From positions 1-46,021 of IMG/VR virus record IMGVR_UViG_3300046323_000666: a DNA stretch of 46,021 bases; one strand, written 5' to 3'. The notes beneath the pieces are model-generated. The model did no database searches, was not told the origin of the DNA, and saw only the letters and a program-made list of their open reading frames with translations. This DNA comes from a virus. Taxonomy: Duplodnaviria > Caudoviricetes. Numbering within the stretch: position 1 is the first letter of the stretch; each line of letters starts with the position of its first letter. Below are positions 8,348 to 15,550 of this stretch, piece by piece. The translations under genes and the position numbers were made by a program.

Positions 8348-8755
8348 CAAGCAGTGTTTTTAGCACCTTATTTGCCTTACAAAATTGAAGCATTAAACCC
8401 TTTTGATGAAACAAACAAAATAATTGGTTTAAAAAACGAAACTTATTTTATAGAAAACGGAAATAGTTACGCTTATGGAGATATTCGAGATTGCAGACCG
8501 ATTTTAAAACCTATTTCAGATTTATCATTATTAGTAATTGAAGAATTTGAAAAATACGATGGAAAAAGAAACGGAAAAGCGAACGAAGAAATTATAAATC
8601 TTTTTTGCGAAGAAAACGGAGTTGATGAAATTATTGAGAATATAGTTTTATCAAGTTTACCCTATGAATGTGTTGAATTTATGTTTAGAAATCATTATGA
8701 CTTCTTTGGATTAATTTCAGAGGGATTGGCAGTTTCAATCCACGATGTTGTGTAA
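8285..8755 (+). CDS. Cassette 4 phage hypothetical protein (156 aa)
   Basis: LAPYLPY...PILKPISDL...HYDFFGLI pattern, recalled from Bacteroidota phage proteins; starts in the site 4 loop. Confidence 0.8.
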   Translation: MESTKPTLNEAENGNKSKPLLQAVFLAPYLPYKIEALNPFDETNKIIGLKNETYFIENGNSYAYGDIRDCRPILKPISDLSLLVIEEFEKYDGKRNGKANEEIINLFCEENGVDEIIENIVLSSLPYECVEFMFRNHYDFFGLISEGLAVSIHDVV

Positions 8756-8764
8756 CATTGCTTA

Positions 8765-8854
8765 TAACGTATGGTGCTATGAGCAGGTTTGCCTTGCAGA
8801 AATGTTCAAATTTAGCACAAATGTTATTGGCAAACTTGCTTATAGCACGTGTTA
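8765..8854. repeat. attC-like site 5 (90 bp)
   Basis: Arms GTGCTATGAGCAGGTTTGCC (8774-8793) / GGCAAACTTGCTTATAGCAC (8829-8848); GTTA 8851. Confidence 0.85.
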
Positions 8855-8917
8855 CCTGCTGGTGCGGTTAATTAAAGAGGAACTTAAATTGAAATACTAA
8901 ACAAAAAATTATTAAAA

Positions 8918-9841
8918 ATGAGCGTAGGCAAAAAAGAAAAAATAAACGTATTATCATTATTTGATGGTATTAGTTGCGGAATGATTGCTTTGGAAAGAGC
9001 AGGTTTTGAGGTTGAAAATTACTATTCATCTGAAATTGACAAACAAGCAATATCAATAAGTAATAATAACTACCCAAACATTAAAAGACTTGGTAGTGTT
9101 GAAAATTGGAAAGAATGGGATATTGATTGGAGTAAAATTGATTTACTTATTGGTGGAAGCCCTTGTCAGGGATTTTCTTCAAGTGGTAAAGGATTGAATT
9201 TTGATGACCCAAGAAGTAAGTTGTTTTTTGAATTTTCAAACATATTGAACCGCATAAAAGCAGTCAATCCGAATTTGAAATTTATGTTGGAAAATGTAAA
9301 AATGAAAGAGGAGTGGTGTAATGTAATTACTGAATATTTGAGTGTAAATTATGTAGAAATTAATTCTCGTAATTTTTCAGCACAAAATAGAGTGAGATAT
9401 TATTGGTGTAACTTTGAAATACTACCATATACCGACAAAGGAATTATGCTTGAAGACATTGTAGAAGATGACTACATACATTCAGCAGCCAAAAGAACAA
9501 GACCAATAACAACCGAAGGACATAGAAAATCACTTTGCCTTGAAGTAAATGGAATTGGTAAAAGTATGTGTTTAGTTACAGTAAATTTAAACAACCTTTT
9601 ATCTCCATTACCCAAAGGAAGATATAAGGATGTAGGGCAAAATAACTACCCTTACAGAGTAATGACTACAAATGAAATGGAGAAACTACAAACTGTACCT
9701 GTTGGATATGTTGGTAATATAAACAATACCAAAGCCGCTAAAGTATTGGGTAATGGATGGAATGTAGATACGATTACTCATATTTTTTCTTCTTTTAAAG
9801 GGGAGGAAATTTTTAATAATTTTTCTAACGAAAATGTTTAA
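8918..9841 (+). CDS. Cassette 5 DNA cytosine-5 methyltransferase
   Basis: Motifs LFDG, GSPCQ, ENV, QNRVR, GNGW. Confidence 0.92.
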   Translation: MSVGKKEKINVLSLFDGISCGMIALERAGFEVENYYSSEIDKQAISISNNNYPNIKRLGSVENWKEWDIDWSKIDLLIGGSPCQGFSSSGKGLNFDDPRSKLFFEFSNILNRIKAVNPNLKFMLENVKMKEEWCNVITEYLSVNYVEINSRNFSAQNRVRYYWCNFEILPYTDKGIMLEDIVEDDYIHSAAKRTRPITTEGHRKSLCLEVNGIGKSMCLVTVNLNNLLSPLPKGRYKDVGQNNYPYRVMTTNEMEKLQTVPVGYVGNINNTKAAKVLGNGWNVDTITHIFSSFKGEEIFNNFSNENV

Positions 9842-9868
9842 TCGAAGAACGAGTGTAGCACTTGCAGG

Positions 9869-9993
9869 TAACGTTCATTATTGTACTTGTGGCAAATAAA
9901 AAAGCCTAGTATTTCAGTTTAAAACAGAATAAAAAGATAAAAACAGGAATTTAAATTTAACCCGAAACTTGCCATAAGTACAATATATTGTTG
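9869..9993. repeat. attC-like site 6 (125 bp)
   Basis: Arms TATTGTACTTGTGGCAA (9879-9895) / TTGCCATAAGTACAATA (9969-9985); core GTTG 9990. Confidence 0.85.
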
Positions 9994-10021
9994 TAGGTAG
10001 GTTTTTTACATCACACGAATT

Positions 10022-10201
10022 ATGAGAGCAAGTTTTTCAATTAATCTTCACGATAGCGATGGAGATGTTTACCAAAAATGCTTATTAATCCATTTAGAGG
10101 ATAGCGTTATTTTGCAACTAAAAGACAAATCAGATTTAGATCAACTAATTAAACATCTTAATCAGATTAAGAAAGAATTAGACGAAAATTATCCTGCGTA
10201 A
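10022..10201 (+). CDS. Cassette 6 hypothetical protein (59 aa, MRASFSINLHDSDGDVYQKC...ENYPA)
   Basis: Translated by hand; absent from the ORF track; fills the cassette. Confidence 0.75.
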   Translation: MRASFSINLHDSDGDVYQKCLLIHLEDSVILQLKDKSDLDQLIKHLNQIKKELDENYPA

Positions 10202-10232
10202 CTTTGGCTACAAAGTTGAGTAAACTTACCTA

Positions 10233-10322
10233 CAACGGACGGTGCTTTATGTCAGGTTTGCCTTGCAGACACTTGAAATTTAGCACCACCGTTGATGGCA
10301 AACTTGCATAAAGCACTTGTTA
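10233..10322. repeat. attC-like site 7 (90 bp), homologous to site 5
   Basis: CAAC 10233; arms GTGCTTTATGTCAGGTTTGCC / GGCAAACTTGCATAAAGCAC with an extrahelical T; GTTA 10319. Confidence 0.85.
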
Positions 10323-10356
10323 GCGGTAGTTTATTAATGGAATTAAAATTTAAAAT

Positions 10357-10815
10357 ATGGGAACACAAGTAGTAGGAGAAAGTAACAGCGTTGAGTATAG
10401 CACTCCGTTGAAAATAGTACAGCCATTGATAAACGAATTTGGCTTGACAAGAGATGTTTGTGCAAGTGCATTAAATCACAAACTGCCCGATTATTGGACA
10501 AAGGAAGATAATTCACTTGCTATGAATTGGGAAGGTAATTGTTGGATGAACCCACCATTTAGCAGAGATTTGAATAAGTGGGTAAAAAAAGCGTGTAATG
10601 ATGCTGAAAGGTTTGGGGGAACGAAAGTTTGTTTAATACCTGTGAGAAGCAATACAAAATGGTGGGCGGAAGTTTGTGTAAAAGCAGAAATTCGTTTTAT
10701 CAATGGAGAAGTAAATTTTAATGATGAAGAACGTGGACTTTGGTTGCCGATGTGTATTATTATTTTCGGTGAGAAGGCAAAGGTTGGCACGTTCTCTGTC
10801 TTAAATTACCGCTAA
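10357..10815 (+). CDS. Cassette 7 phage-type DNA N6-adenine methyltransferase (Dam-like)
   Basis: TP...DVCAS...WMNPPF motif; stop codon lies in the TAAC core. Confidence 0.88.
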   Translation: MGTQVVGESNSVEYSTPLKIVQPLINEFGLTRDVCASALNHKLPDYWTKEDNSLAMNWEGNCWMNPPFSRDLNKWVKKACNDAERFGGTKVCLIPVRSNTKWWAEVCVKAEIRFINGEVNFNDEERGLWLPMCIIIFGEKAKVGTFSVLNYR

Positions 10816-10936
10816 CGGAAAAGATTGTCGTGGTTGGGATAAAACAAAAACTAATAATTAAATTTAAAACAAAACTGAAAGATGGAAAACAATGTAAAAG
10901 TTCAAGACGATACCCAATCACTACAATCGTGTGTTA
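10813..10936. repeat. attC-like site 8 (124 bp)
   Basis: Arms GATTGTCGTGGTTGGG (10823-10838) / CCCAATCACTACAATC (10913-10928); GTTA 10933. Confidence 0.85.
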
Positions 10937-11256
10937 GTGTTTCGGTTACGGATTCAAATAACGATTCCGAATATTATTATTTAGGAAGAAAAATTCTTGT
11001 ACAGCAAAATTTCACAAAAAAAGAAGATAGACCCTTTGATGCGTATTATCAAGCATTGAAATTTCTAGACGATAGAAATTATCATTCAGGTTCTTTAGCG
11101 GTTACTAAAAGCAACAATATTGCAGTGAAAAAGGATTACTATAATTTACCTGAAAAATGGCACAACTTAGATAAAGAAGATATTGCTTCAATTGATGGTG
11201 TAATTAGAAGTTCAGATTATAGAGAAGGTTTAGTTACCGTGATGTTGTTTAACTGA
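10882..11256 (+). CDS. Cassette 8 hypothetical protein (124 aa)
   Basis: Starts in the site 8 loop; ends at the next core. Confidence 0.8.
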   Translation: MENNVKVQDDTQSLQSCVSVSVTDSNNDSEYYYLGRKILVQQNFTKKEDRPFDAYYQALKFLDDRNYHSGSLAVTKSNNIAVKKDYYNLPEKWHNLDKEDIASIDGVIRSSDYREGLVTVMLFN

Positions 11257-11260
11257 ACAC

Positions 11261-11384
11261 TAACGTTTTTGCTATAAGACGGTTGGGTTATAAATTCCCT
11301 AAACTTCAAGCCAAGACCAAAACATTCGGATAGTCCAAATGTTTAAATTAATCACAATACCCAACTGTTTTATAGCAATTGTTA
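11261..11384. repeat. attC-like site 9 (124 bp)
   Basis: Arms TTGCTATAAGACGGTTGGG (11269-11287) / CCCAACTGTTTTATAGCAA (11360-11378); GTTA 11381. Confidence 0.85.
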
Positions 11385-11419
11385 TAAGGCGTTGTGGGTC
11401 ATTAAAAACAAAAGTTTTT

Positions 11420-12355
11420 ATGAATACTGAACAAAAAAATATAGTTGCTTTATTCGATGGAATGAGTTGCGGACAAATTGCACTAAATGATATTGGTTTT
11501 AAATACGATAATTATTTTGCAAGTGAAATCGATAAATACGCAAAAGAAGTCACTCAAAAAAACTTTCCAAACACTAAACAAATTGGAAGTGTTTTAGATG
11601 TAAAAGGAGAGGATTTACCAAAAACATTTTTAATGATGGGAGGAAGTCCTTGTCAAGATTTAAGTAGTTCAAATGTTTGGACTGAACAAAAAGGATTGGA
11701 AGGTAAAAAAAGTAGTTTGTTTTGGGAATATGTTAGATTATTGAATGAATTGAATCCGAAGTTTTTTCTACTTGAAAATGTAGGTTCTGCAAAAAAATCA
11801 GATATTGAAATAATTGATAGAGAATTAGGGGTAAAAGGAATAAAATTTAATTCTAAATTAGTTTTACCTCAAAACAGAAATCGTGTTTATTGGACAAATA
11901 TTCCTTTTGAATTACCTAAAAATGAAATGATATTGACAATGCAAGATTTGCTTGAAAAAGATGTTGATGATAAATATTACATTACTCAAAAAATGTATGA
12001 TTGCATTATATCTCCTGGAACTAAAGGATGGCAAAGTGGTAAAATGGAAATTGATTTAAGAATAGCAAGACCATTGACAGCGACAATGCATAAGATGCAC
12101 CGAGCCGATACTGATAATTATATTACAGGAATTGCACCCGAAGGAAAAACAAATGTAAGACGATTAACTCCAATAGAATGCGAAAGATTGCAAGGGGTGA
12201 AAGATAATTATACTCAAGGAGTTTCCGATACGCAACGATATAGAATGTTAGGCAATGGATGGACAGTTGATGTTATAGCACATATTTTCAAAAGTTTGCT
12301 AAATGAAGATTGCGAACCTACACCACGCTTTACTGAAAAAAGTTCTTATGGATGA
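11420..12355 (+). CDS. Cassette 9 DNA cytosine-5 methyltransferase
   Basis: Motifs LFDG, GSPCQ, ENV, QNRNR, RRLTP.ECERLQ, GNGW; likely start 11420 (in-frame ATG also at 11339). Confidence 0.92.
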   Translation: MNTEQKNIVALFDGMSCGQIALNDIGFKYDNYFASEIDKYAKEVTQKNFPNTKQIGSVLDVKGEDLPKTFLMMGGSPCQDLSSSNVWTEQKGLEGKKSSLFWEYVRLLNELNPKFFLLENVGSAKKSDIEIIDRELGVKGIKFNSKLVLPQNRNRVYWTNIPFELPKNEMILTMQDLLEKDVDDKYYITQKMYDCIISPGTKGWQSGKMEIDLRIARPLTATMHKMHRADTDNYITGIAPEGKTNVRRLTPIECERLQGVKDNYTQGVSDTQRYRMLGNGWTVDVIAHIFKSLLNEDCEPTPRFTEKSSYG

Positions 12356-12374
12356 CTTGTTTAGCAATGCCTTA

Positions 12375-12430
12375 TAACTACTATATGTATTTTTATATGT
12401 AAAACATCAATAAAATAAACACTTAACAAT
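12375..12430. other. Candidate attI-like primary recombination site
   Basis: Last TAAC core (12375-12378) has no partner hairpin; followed by TATATGTA direct repeats (12382, 12394) and the integrase ATG. Confidence 0.55.
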
Positions 12431-13261
12431 ATGGACATTCGAAAATGGTACGATAAGTATTCGATAGATATTCAATTAGTTTATGAATCAGAAGCTACAC
12501 AAAAAAACTACAAATCGCAAGTTTGGTGTTTTTTAAATTACTTTAAAAATGAGGTAGAACCAAAGTCAATCGACAATGAAAAAATTAAATTATGGTTATT
12601 GGAAGCGGTGACAATCAATAGTAGAAAACATAGGCTTTGCGCTTTAAATTCATTCTATAAAATCACGGTTGGAATGCCATCTAAAATCCAAAAAATTCCA
12701 TATCCAAAAAGCGAAAAGAAACTCCCAATAGTTTTAAGCGTTGAAGAAGTTCAAAAAATGTTTTCGGTATGTGAAAACATAAAACACAAAGTAATTTTAA
12801 GTTTGCTTTACTCTTGCGGTTTAAGAGTTTCAGAACTCATAAATCTAAAATGGTCGCACGTTGACCGTAGCCGAATGATTATAAATATTATCGCAGGAAA
12901 AGGAAATAAAGACCGTCAGGTCATGCTTGATACGTCGTTGATTCCTTTATTAGAAAAATATTTCTTTGAATACAAAACCAAAACTTATGTTTTAGGAGGT
13001 CAGTTTTCAGACCAGTATTCCGCCACAAGCGTAAACCAAGTTATGAAACAATTAGCAGAAAAAGCTAACATTAACAAACGAGTTTATACGCATTTAATGC
13101 GCCATAATTGTTTTACTCACATGGTAGAAAATGGAACTGATATTAATCTAATCCAGAAACTTGCAGGACATTCAAATGTAAAAACTACTTTGGTTTATAC
13201 GCACATTTCTCATAATTTAATAAGTAGAATACAGTCTCCTCTTGGGGCTATTAATATTTAA
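12431..13261 (+). CDS. IntI/XerD-like tyrosine recombinase (276 aa), candidate cassette integrase
   Basis: GLRVSE, GKGNKDR, HLMRH, GHS, VYTH catalytic residues intact; IntI-like C-terminal SPL. Confidence 0.9.
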   Translation: MDIRKWYDKYSIDIQLVYESEATQKNYKSQVWCFLNYFKNEVEPKSIDNEKIKLWLLEAVTINSRKHRLCALNSFYKITVGMPSKIQKIPYPKSEKKLPIVLSVEEVQKMFSVCENIKHKVILSLLYSCGLRVSELINLKWSHVDRSRMIINIIAGKGNKDRQVMLDTSLIPLLEKYFFEYKTKTYVLGGQFSDQYSATSVNQVMKQLAEKANINKRVYTHLMRHNCFTHMVENGTDINLIQKLAGHSNVKTTLVYTHISHNLISRIQSPLGAINI

Positions 13262-14421
13262 AAATCAGGTGAGTTATCCATAACTTCTTTACGATTTATT
13301 TCGTCTTGATTAGTAAGGTAGATTAAGGTAGTTTCTCTTTCAGAATGTCCAAAAATTCCTTGTATTGCCTCTGTACTTATTCCCGCAGAGGCTTTTTTAT
13401 TTGCTCCATATTTTTTCATTGAATACATTGTGCAGTCTATTTTTAAGCCTATTTTTACGATTGACTCCCATCTTCTTGTGGCTGTGTCTCGGTTTGTATG
13501 GGTTATTCCAGGAATAAAATCAGGTAGCAATTGATTATTTCCTCGATTACCTAATCCCGATTCTTTAAAGCTCCCAAATAGAAAATAATCTTTTGGTAAT
13601 TCTGTAAAATTCATACTTTCTAAATCCTTTTTTAAATGCTTGTTTATTGGTAATATTCGATATTTTTTACGATTTTTTGTGATATTTGGAGGTAGGGTAA
13701 TTATGTTTTTATCCATATCGACCATAGATAGTCTAATTTTTAATATTTCTTCCGGTCTGATGCCTAAGTGAAAAATAACTGAAATATAATTATAAAAGTT
13801 ATGGTGATTCTTTTTTAATTCAGTTTTAATGATATTCATTTCTTGATCCGTCGGCGGAATGTGAGCGATACTTTCTTCTACGGTTAAATTTCTAACATTA
13901 AATGCGGGGTTGTTCTCAATTATATCCCATTGCACTAATTCGCTTAAAATAGCCTTTAAATGGTTTAGATGTTTGTTGTAAGACTTGTTAGTCCACTCAT
14001 TCATTTGCTTTGCGTTTTCCATTATCATTTTAATATGAAATCGCTTAATGTCTTTAATTTTCAAATATTGCAGTTGAGCTTTTGCAACAGCATTTTCTAT
14101 GAAATTTATAGTGCCATCATATCCTGAATGTGTTTTTTTGGAAATATTTTCTTTTTTCTTTTCTAAAGCAAATCGAAGCGATTCCACTATAAACATATCA
14201 GATTGTAGCTGTGTATTTTTTGGTAAGTTTGGATTCCACCCATTACTCAAGTCTAGTAATATAGTTTTGCAAAGAATATTGTACTCTAACTCACGAATTT
14301 TTAAATCTTTTATTTTATTTAGTCCGTATGTTTCTCTAAACTGTTTTCCTTCATATCGATAATGCACATACCAATACTTAGACGTCTTGTTTGTTTTAGG
14401 TTTTGTGAATTTGGCACTCAT
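13258..14421 (-). CDS. Phage lysogeny integrase (tyrosine recombinase)
   Basis: GIRPEE, TKN, YSMKK (variant of HxxR), FGHS, IY; adjacent to attP; ATG 14421 preferred. Confidence 0.88.
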   Translation of the reverse strand: MSAKFTKPKTNKTSKYWYVHYRYEGKQFRETYGLNKIKDLKIRELEYNILCKTILLDLSNGWNPNLPKNTQLQSDMFIVESLRFALEKKKENISKKTHSGYDGTINFIENAVAKAQLQYLKIKDIKRFHIKMIMENAKQMNEWTNKSYNKHLNHLKAILSELVQWDIIENNPAFNVRNLTVEESIAHIPPTDQEMNIIKTELKKNHHNFYNYISVIFHLGIRPEEILKIRLSMVDMDKNIITLPPNITKNRKKYRILPINKHLKKDLESMNFTELPKDYFLFGSFKESGLGNRGNNQLLPDFIPGITHTNRDTATRRWESIVKIGLKIDCTMYSMKKYGANKKASAGISTEAIQGIFGHSERETTLIYLTNQDEINRKEVMDNSPDF

Positions 14422-14613
14422 TTGTGTAAAAATTGTGTAAAAACAAGTCAAAAAAAATCGGGAAGTACTGATTTTAGTAGCTTCCCGATTCTTGGCGGAG
14501 AAAGAGGGAAACGCTTAAGGTCATTTTTTTTTTTTAATCCCTTTAAATTCAAGACTACTTTGTTATACAAGTTATATGTTTTTTAGTTGTTTTGTGTAAA
14601 AATTGTGTAAAAA
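14421..14613. other. attP region: arm-type repeats flanking a tRNA-Ser 3'-end core
   Basis: Identical 23-mer TTTGTGTAAAAATTGTGTAAAAA at 14421-14443 and 14591-14613; minus-strand TCCCTCTTTCTCCGCCA at 14493-14509. Confidence 0.8.
14451..14490 (-). terminator. Intrinsic terminator downstream of the tRNA 3'-end copy
   Basis: AATCGGGAAG...CTTCCCGATT stem followed by a T-run on the minus strand. Confidence 0.75.
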
Positions 14614-14632
14614 TAATAGCGAAAGTATATTT

Positions 14633-14983
14633 CTACCCCCCGACATTTACCTCTAATAAAGCTACCTTTTCTTTCAGTAATTTGTTTTCAGATTTATATG
14701 TTTCAAGAAATTCTTTTAGCGTAACAATATGCTCTTTTAAAGCTTTTATTTCATCGTTTGCGGAATGTTCCTTAGAGTGATTACTTTCGACCGGAACGTT
14801 ATTTTGATTCCTTTTTTCTTTTAATAGCAGTGTAAAATACTTTATGCGTGATTCAGGTATAACAGAACCTTTTTCATAATTAATTACAGTCCTGCGGTCA
14901 ACTCCAATTTTCAAAGCAAATTGCTCTTGGTTCAATTCAAGCTCTTTCCTTATCGCTTTAACGTCTATTTTAGTTGATTCCAT
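14633..14983 (-). CDS. XRE-family HTH regulator with C-terminal coiled coil
   Basis: IRKELELNQEQFALKIGVDRRTVINYEKG. Confidence 0.88.
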   Translation of the reverse strand: MESTKIDVKAIRKELELNQEQFALKIGVDRRTVINYEKGSVIPESRIKYFTLLLKEKRNQNNVPVESNHSKEHSANDEIKALKEHIVTLKEFLETYKSENKLLKEKVALLEVNVGG

Positions 14984-15031
14984 ATTTATTTTTTTATAAT
15001 GTTAATTTTAATTGGCTAACCCATACCACGT

Positions 15032-15454
15032 TTAATTTGTGCCGTTTTGTTTTTTTTGATTTCCTAATTCAAGGTCATATATTTTATTTTCCAAAAATTC
15101 AATTTTGTCTTTATAAAACACAATTTGTTCGTCTTTAAATTTTATCTCTTTCTTCAAATCTAAATTCTCTTTTTCCAACCCATATTTTTCTTCAGGTCCA
15201 GAGGCTATATGTAAAGACTCAGGCTGTAAATATTGATTTTCAAAACCATCTAAATTAACATTATACACCTCGCATATTTTTTGTAAAAATCTAGTAGAAG
15301 GTTTTACTTTCCCACTTACATATGGACTGATTGTAGCATCCGAATAAGCTGTTTTTCTCGAAAGTTCAGCCACAGGGAACTCTAAGCCTAAAACATTAAT
15401 CAAATAATGTAATTTTTTATAATTTATATGTTCTTTATTTTCAGTCACTTGCAA
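15032..15454 (-). CDS. Repressor-like HTH protein
   Basis: VAELSRKTAYSDATISPYVSGKVKPS; divergent from the Cro-like gene; start uncertain. Confidence 0.75.
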   Translation of the reverse strand: MQVTENKEHINYKKLHYLINVLGLEFPVAELSRKTAYSDATISPYVSGKVKPSTRFLQKICEVYNVNLDGFENQYLQPESLHIASGPEEKYGLEKENLDLKKEIKFKDEQIVFYKDKIEFLENKIYDLELGNQKKQNGTN

Positions 15455-15510
15455 AAAACTTTATATTATTATTGAAAAATCTTGTATAATTATTAGTATA
15501 AATGTAAAAA

Positions 15511-15532
15511 CCTCGTATATTTGCCTCGTATA
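15511..15532 (+). promoter_or_regulatory. Rightward lytic promoter -7 box overlapped by CCTCGTATA direct repeats
   Basis: TATATTTG at 15516-15523; CCTCGTATA at 15511 and 15524. Confidence 0.55.
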
Positions 15533-15550
15533 ACGAAACAAACATACTTA

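Larger units (their letters stand above)
7272..13261. mobile_element. Integron-like gene cassette array (9 cassettes, 9 attC-like sites, attI-like end) plus adjacent tyrosine recombinase
   Basis: Regular alternation of YAAC-[inverted repeat]-GTTR sites with single ORFs; self-complementary cassette ends; recombinase directly adjacent. Confidence 0.85.

Noticed and set aside
7272-12378. CRISPR array or simple terminators as an explanation of the repeated hairpins
   Set aside because: The repeats are not identical, the intervening units are mostly whole genes, and no cas genes are seen. The hairpins have long loops, lack U-tails and carry fixed AAC/GTT cores.
7272-12378. Shufflon of invertible segments (cassette ends are inverted repeats)
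   Set aside because: All eight ORFs have the same orientation and each inverted pair has its own sequence, which fits excision and insertion better. Inversion is not formally excluded.
14493-14509. Complete tRNA gene
   Set aside because: Only the 3' 17 nt are present; no D-arm or anticodon arm upstream on the minus strand.
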